In this document: positions 58,328 to 64,000 of the stretch, one piece after another
Numbering within the stretch: position 1 is the stretch's first letter
Layout: the number at the start of each line of letters is the position of its first letter
Origin: Salpingoeca rosetta
Lineage: Eukaryota; Protista; Choanoflagellata
DNA: 64,000 nucleotides
Assembly (NCBI GenBank): GCA_033442325.1
Contig: JAWQFM010000019.1
Location: 730,315 to 794,314, forward strand
Direction: 5' to 3'
The notes under the pieces: model-generated
What the model was told of the DNA's origin: nothing
The model's database searches: none
What the model saw: the letters and a program-made list of their open reading frames with translations, nothing else
Position numbers and translations under genes: made by a program

Positions 58328-58919
58328 ATGTCTGCTGTGCCCAACGCTTCCCCCACGCGCCGCGATCGTGACGAAAACAACAGGTGCGGGTGTGTGGGGG
58401 AGGGGGGTGTCTGCCTGTCTGCCTATCTGCCTGTCTGTCTATCTGCCTTGCTGGCTGGCTGGCTGGCTGGCTGGCTGGCGAAAAGGATGAGGAGGGGCAG
58501 CCATTTCTTGACGCCTTCGCTTTGTCTGTGCTGCAAGCTGTACATGGCGTTCCAATATTATTCACAACGTGCCATCAATCTCCCCGTATCACCCGTGCCT
58601 CAGGAAAATCTTCGTCGGCTCACTCGATCCCCGCACAACCAGAGGTATACGGTGTTGTGAAGTTGACACGCTGCTTCCTTCTGCCTTGACTTATGCCTTG
58701 TGTGACAGACACTCTCAAATGTGCGCAAGCACGCGCGTGCGCGCACTCTCTCACACACTCACCAACTCGCTCACGCTCACTCACGCTCACACTCTCTCGC
58801 CCATTGCTTGTGATGCCAGAGCAACTGGTAGACTACTTTGACAAGTTTGGCAACATTGTCGACTGTGTGGTCATGACAGATGCGCAAGGAACACGATCCC
58901 GGTGGGCAGCAGTTGGGTG

Positions 58920-58966
<47 letters not shown>

Positions 58967-59275
58967 TGTGTGTGCGTGTGTGCGTGTGTGCTATTTTGTT
59001 CGTGTGCATGTGGAAGCGTGCTTTGTGATTGTCGGTGGCTCCATTCGGGCGCATCGTTCAGGGTATGTTGTGAGATCGCCCTCTGCCAACGTCCATGCCC
59101 CCCCCCGCGCTCATACCTACCACTTGCATTGTCTTCACCGTCAGCGGATTCGGCTTTGTAACGTTCAAGGAGGCTGCCTCTGTTGAACAAGTCCTTGCCT
59201 CGGGCCCGCACGAGATCGCAGGGCGCGTGGTGAGTGTTGTGGGTGCAGCGGTGATTACATTCTTGCCGGGATCGC

Positions 59276-59341
<66 letters not shown>

Positions 59342-59574
59342 TTCGTTCCTCCCCCCCTCCCCCTCTTGTGTTGTTCGCCTTTGTATGGTACCTGCACGCC
59401 CTGCATATCAGCGCCATTTCAACCTTCATCGCGCCTCAAGTAATGTTTTGACAATTGCCCATGTTTTTGCTCGTTGTTCGTTGCGTCACAAAGATTGACC
59501 CAAAGCGCGCCTTGCCCAGACATCACCACGACGACCCACACCAGGTACCAGGCAGTGCACCTGTTGTTGTTTGA

Positions 59575-59659
<85 letters not shown>

Positions 59660-61608
59660 GAGTTGTTGCTGTTGTTGTTGTGTCTCGGTATTGAGTACCT
59701 GCTTGCTTGAGTGCCTGGCTTCGCTTCTGCCCCACCACTTCCGTCTCGTTTCTCGTCGGTTCACGCGCGCATTTATTCACACAACGCCCTCCACGACACC
59801 ACCGCCTTCAACGGACTCCCGCTCATCACCACAACATCCATGCAATACAGCAGCAGCAGCAGCAACCGCAGCAGCATCGCCAGCCGCGCGTACGCAAGGT
59901 GTTTCTTGGCGGTCTGCCCCATGACGCAAAGGAGGAGGAGATTAAGGACTTTTTCTCCAAGTATGGTGATGTTGAGGACGTCATCATCCAGTACGACCGC
60001 ATTTCAGGCCGTCCGCGCGGCTTTGGCTTTGTTGTGTTTGAGAATGACGCAACCGTGGACCAGCTCGTCACGTCCTCCGAACGCGTTTACGTCGAATTCA
60101 AGGGCAAGCGGGTACGAGCACACGCCGTGTTTGTTTGGTGTGCTTTGCTTTGTTCGGCTACGTTTTGCTATTTGCTTGTTTGTCTGTGGGGTTGTGCCTG
60201 TGTCTTGCTTGCTTGGTTCAGTGGGCCTTGCCGCTGTTTGTTTGTTCGGTAACCTCTTGCTGCATTTCGTCGCGCGGTGCTGTGCATCTGTGGAATGGCC
60301 CACCATGGTCAGCTTACCTTTTTTGCCTGCAGGCAATGTTCAGTTTTACTTTTGCAACAGCACAGCTCTCACCGTCTTCGAACCACCCATCACACCTTTC
60401 CCGAACACAACCGCACACAAACAAACAAACAAACAAACAAACAAACAAACACCCCACGCATGCCTCAGGTTGAGATCAAGCGGGCGTTCCCAAAGGAGTC
60501 GGCACCCCGGTCCTCCACCGCCCGCCAATACCAGCAGCAGTTCACATACCGAAGAGCTGGTCCGTCTTTGCGTGTGGTGTGTCTGTGCCTGTGCCTGTGT
60601 GTTTGCATGGGCATCTGTGCCTGCAGCACACCTGCCCCCCTCCTCTCACGCATGTACACGCATGATGCCTTGCCTGTTCCAACTCGCGTTGCTGTCCACA
60701 GGCGAGGCATACGTGCCCACTGCGCCGATGGTGCGGCCAAACTACCGCCAGCCGCTCACGCCGTTCCCGCAACCGCCTTACCCGGCCGCCCAGCAGATGA
60801 TGCAGCGCTATTACCGTGCGTTATCACTCGCCACCCGCAAAGAAGAACGCGTGTGAATGTCCATCGGTTTTCATGTCGTGTGTTATTTGCTTTGCTTGTT
60901 TTTGTTTTGCTTTGCTTTGCTTTGCTTGTTTCTTGATTCTCTTTTCCTCACACCTAGCCTTTGCACCGTTTCTGCCACATCTGCGATGGCTGCTGCCGCC
61001 ATCATGACACAGCCTCTCCATATTATCCGCAATTCTCCCCATATGCTGCCCGCCCCTCATTTGACCAGTTCCCCGTGCAGCAGCAGCAGGTGCAGCAGCC
61101 ACAACAGCAGCAGCAATTCTACGACCCAACAATGGGCCAGCCAGGTGCGTCTGCACAACGGTTTCTGTGTGTGTGCACGTGCGTGCGTGTGTGTGCCTGT
61201 GCGTTTGTGTGTGTCTGTGTGCTTGTCCACATCTGTGTGTGCTTGGACTTGTACCTCTCTGTACGTGTGTTTGTTTGGTTTCATGCCCCTTCTCACGTTT
61301 CTTCTTGCTCTCGCCTGTCGTCGCCACGTCGCCGATTCCCCCCTCCCCTCTTCAACTTAGTAGGTATGGAGATGATGCCTGATGATGGGATGCAGCCTGC
61401 CCAGGTGCAGTTTCCTACCGCGTACGACCCCACGGCACCTGTCGCCTACATGGCGCCAACGATGCCCATGATGGCGCAGACAACCGCACACACGCAGCCG
61501 AGTCACATGGCCGTGCCCATGCAGCAGGCGCCCCCACAGCTCGCGCCGCACCCGCAGGGCGGTGTCATGCCCTCCATGCAGCATCAGCAGCACTTCCCGT
61601 ACTCTTGA
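58328..61608 (+). CDS. DAZAP1: DAZAP1/Hrp48/Musashi-family two-RRM RNA-binding protein with a Q/P/Y-rich tail
   Basis: RRM1 KIFVGSLDPRTT..YFDKFGNIVDCVVMTD..SRGFGFVTF..VLASGPHEIAGRVIDPK; RRM2 KVFLGGLPH..FFSKYGDVEDVIIQYD..RPRGFGFVVF..GKRVEIKRA. From recall this is closest to DAZAP1; true N-terminus uncertain. Confidence 0.8.
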
Positions 61609-64000
61609 AACAGCACCAACCCTGCACCAAGAATACACGCCTTTTGCCCCCCCCCCCCTCTCTCTCTTGGGCAACACAATGCACCACGCCCATGGCTACC
61701 TTCGCTATCTTCACTGCCATGAACAATCGCCACGTCCTTCAGACCTTCCTTGTTTTGAACAGCACCGACATCATATCTTCAGTCAGCAGCACCAGTTATC
61801 ACCATGTCCAGCCTGTCCAGCCAGCCTCTCGCCGTGAAGGCCCCCCACCAAGCATGTTCTTCATCGTCATTATCACCACCACCGTGTTGTTTCACAACCA
61901 CAGCAACCTCAGTTCACTACCACCGCTACCACCGCTACCACCACTACCGTTGCTGCGAGGACACTCATCACCTGCACAGCGTACACAACGTCAACAGCGT
62001 CAACGTCAATATGACCATCGCCCCAGCATGGTCCTCCCTGCTCCTACTTCCCCCCCCCACCAAATGGCTCCATTGCCCTTCCAGAACCGCGCACGCAGAG
62101 AGTTATAATTGTTACGTGAATGCATGGCCAAGACTACACCGACTTACAGCCTCAGGATCATTGTTCCCCAGCAGCAGCTCTGGGTTTCTGTGTTACGTTG
62201 TTCTTTCACATGCCCCTGCCCCCTTTCCTTTTCTTTGTTTTCCACCTTGATCGCAAGTTACACGTGCAACTGTCACAGGCGTGCTTTGTGCATATGCACA
62301 CGCAGCACATGTCCACAACCCCTTCCGTGGTTTTTATTTTGCTGTGTGTCTCCTTTGCTGTGTGATCTGCTTGCGTTTGGGTTTTGCGTTGTCTCAGTTT
62401 CATATTGTTGTCTCAGTTTCATAAGCGTCTCTTCGTTCCTCTGGGCTTGCTGGCACATGTGCTTGCAAGCAAGTGATGATGGTGTGTCTAGCACGTGCTG
62501 TGCTCGCTGTAACAGCCTTCCGTCCTTTCTCTCTTGGTTGTCGCCTTGCCCTTGCTGCTTTCTTTTCGCTTGGTTTGTGCTACCGTTCGCTGTAATTGCA
62601 CTTTATTAACTAAAGTGCTTTCCTCGTGCTTCTCTTCCTATCCTCCACCAGGGAGGGCCTTTCTTACTTCCACTTGCTTCATTTCGCCTTGTTGTTTGTT
62701 GTTGTATGAACCCACTGTGGGCCATTCTTGCAACAACGCCCCTTCCAACCACACACACACACACATACACACACACACACGTGGTCGCTGTGTCTCTCTT
62801 GCCTGTTGGTGTGTCTTTGTTGTCTGTTGATGTGTTTCTGTCGCTGTTATCCCTGCGCCATCACTGCGCGTTCACCATCATACGATCACTCCATCATGCT
62901 GACGCAGTGCGCACAATTCTGCCATTTGTGTGCATTCATACTTGCGTCAGTCTTTGCTCTTCATCGCTCGCCACTCTCTCCTGGATTTGCCGTTTTGCTT
63001 TGTACACTCTCAGCCTGCACAGGTTTGCTGCTCTTCTAATGTGAATAGCAGGGTATGTGTGTGTGCATACCGTCACACGACTCCTTTGTGTGAACTGTGT
63101 ATGCTCACTTGGCTTGTCGTTTCCGATACGAGTACAACAGCAGGAGTGCCTGAATCACCTGTGCAAGGGGAGGCGGTTTGTGTGTGTCTGTGAGTGAGTG
63201 CGTGTGTGTGTGTCTGTCTGTCTGTCTGTCTGTCTGTGTCTGTGTCTGTGTCTGTGTATGAAACGAACAGAGCGATAGTGATGTAACATTCCGAACGCAG
63301 AACCATGCATGATACAATACCTCGATGCATATGCCTTCGTTTCCTCTCCTTGAGTTCAACAAACATCATGGATCAGCCATGTTGAGAGACGACCAGGTTC
63401 AGAGGTTCATCACTATTAATTGTTGGTGGGTGAAAGTGTCAAAAGGAACATGAATACAAACACCACCCAACACAAACCACCAGCACCATGTCACATCACC
63501 CGTCTTTCAAGTGGGCTCATCAATTGAGTTTTCGTGATGGTGAGCAGTGTTGTTCACATCAACAACGACAAACGCTCGTGTGAATGAAGCAGAGGATTAG
63601 GCGGATCCTGTACTTTCGTCCTGTTGGACGCGGCGACTCATGTGCTTGAAGAGAGAGATAAAAGATTTGTTCGGCTGGCAGAGAGCATTGTTTGGTCAAA
63701 AATGTAACCATGTTTGCATTCACACCACATGATGGGGTATTGTTGATTGTTGGTTCATGTTGTATTTACATTAATCAAGCCACTTTTGTCGGGGCTCGCC
63801 TTGCTAGTTATCGCGACCTTGTTAATGTCAGTTCACATGTAACACACCTGCAATGACAGAAACACGCAGTACCAGTTTGCTTCGTATGTAACTCTTTGCA
63901 GCATTGCGTGGCGTGGGCCACCTACTGTCATTGTCTTGAACTGACACGTGTTTGCTCGTGTGCGGACGGTTGACCTTTCAAGCTTGCCTGCCTATACTGC

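Noticed and set aside
63600-63645. Hammerhead-like GTCC-AACA-GGAC-GAAA on the minus strand
   Set aside because: The obligatory CUGANGA core directly 5' of stem II is absent.

Overview
Intron-dense eukaryotic genomic DNA saturated with (GT/CA)n and other microsatellites. The style and holozoan gene content suggest a choanoflagellate such as Salpingoeca rosetta (inference, not verified). Most entries in the six-frame ORF track are artefacts of (CA)n/(GT)n repeats. By splicing exons manually (GT-AG, phase-checked where stated) I support 13 protein-coding genes: MIPEP-like peptidase (-, truncated by the window), P5A-ATPase ATP13A1/Spf1 (-), a multidomain C2-Tudor-DH-PH-4xPDZ protein (+), RluA-family pseudouridine synthase (-), BRD7/9-like bromodomain protein (-), WDFY1/2 (+), esterase D (-), INO80B (+), NDUFAF7 (-), PI synthase CDIPT (+), an unrecognised polyQ/Cys-rich protein (+), a single-domain LAMP (-) and a DAZAP1/Musashi-type 2-RRM protein (+). 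Five pairs are head-to-head. The most interesting signals are: (1) the C2-Tudor-DH-PH-PDZx4 protein, in which the Ca2+ ligands, aromatic cage and GEF catalytic residues all look degenerate; (2) introns with (GU)n at the donor and complementary (CA)n at the acceptor, often without a polypyrimidine tract; (3) an orphan polyQ/Zn-cluster/acidic protein; (4) a LAMP in a probable non-animal. There is an N-gap at 2267-2418 with signs of misassembly, and a probable pyrosequencing artefact at 1-96. Exon edges are manual and may be off by a few bases.
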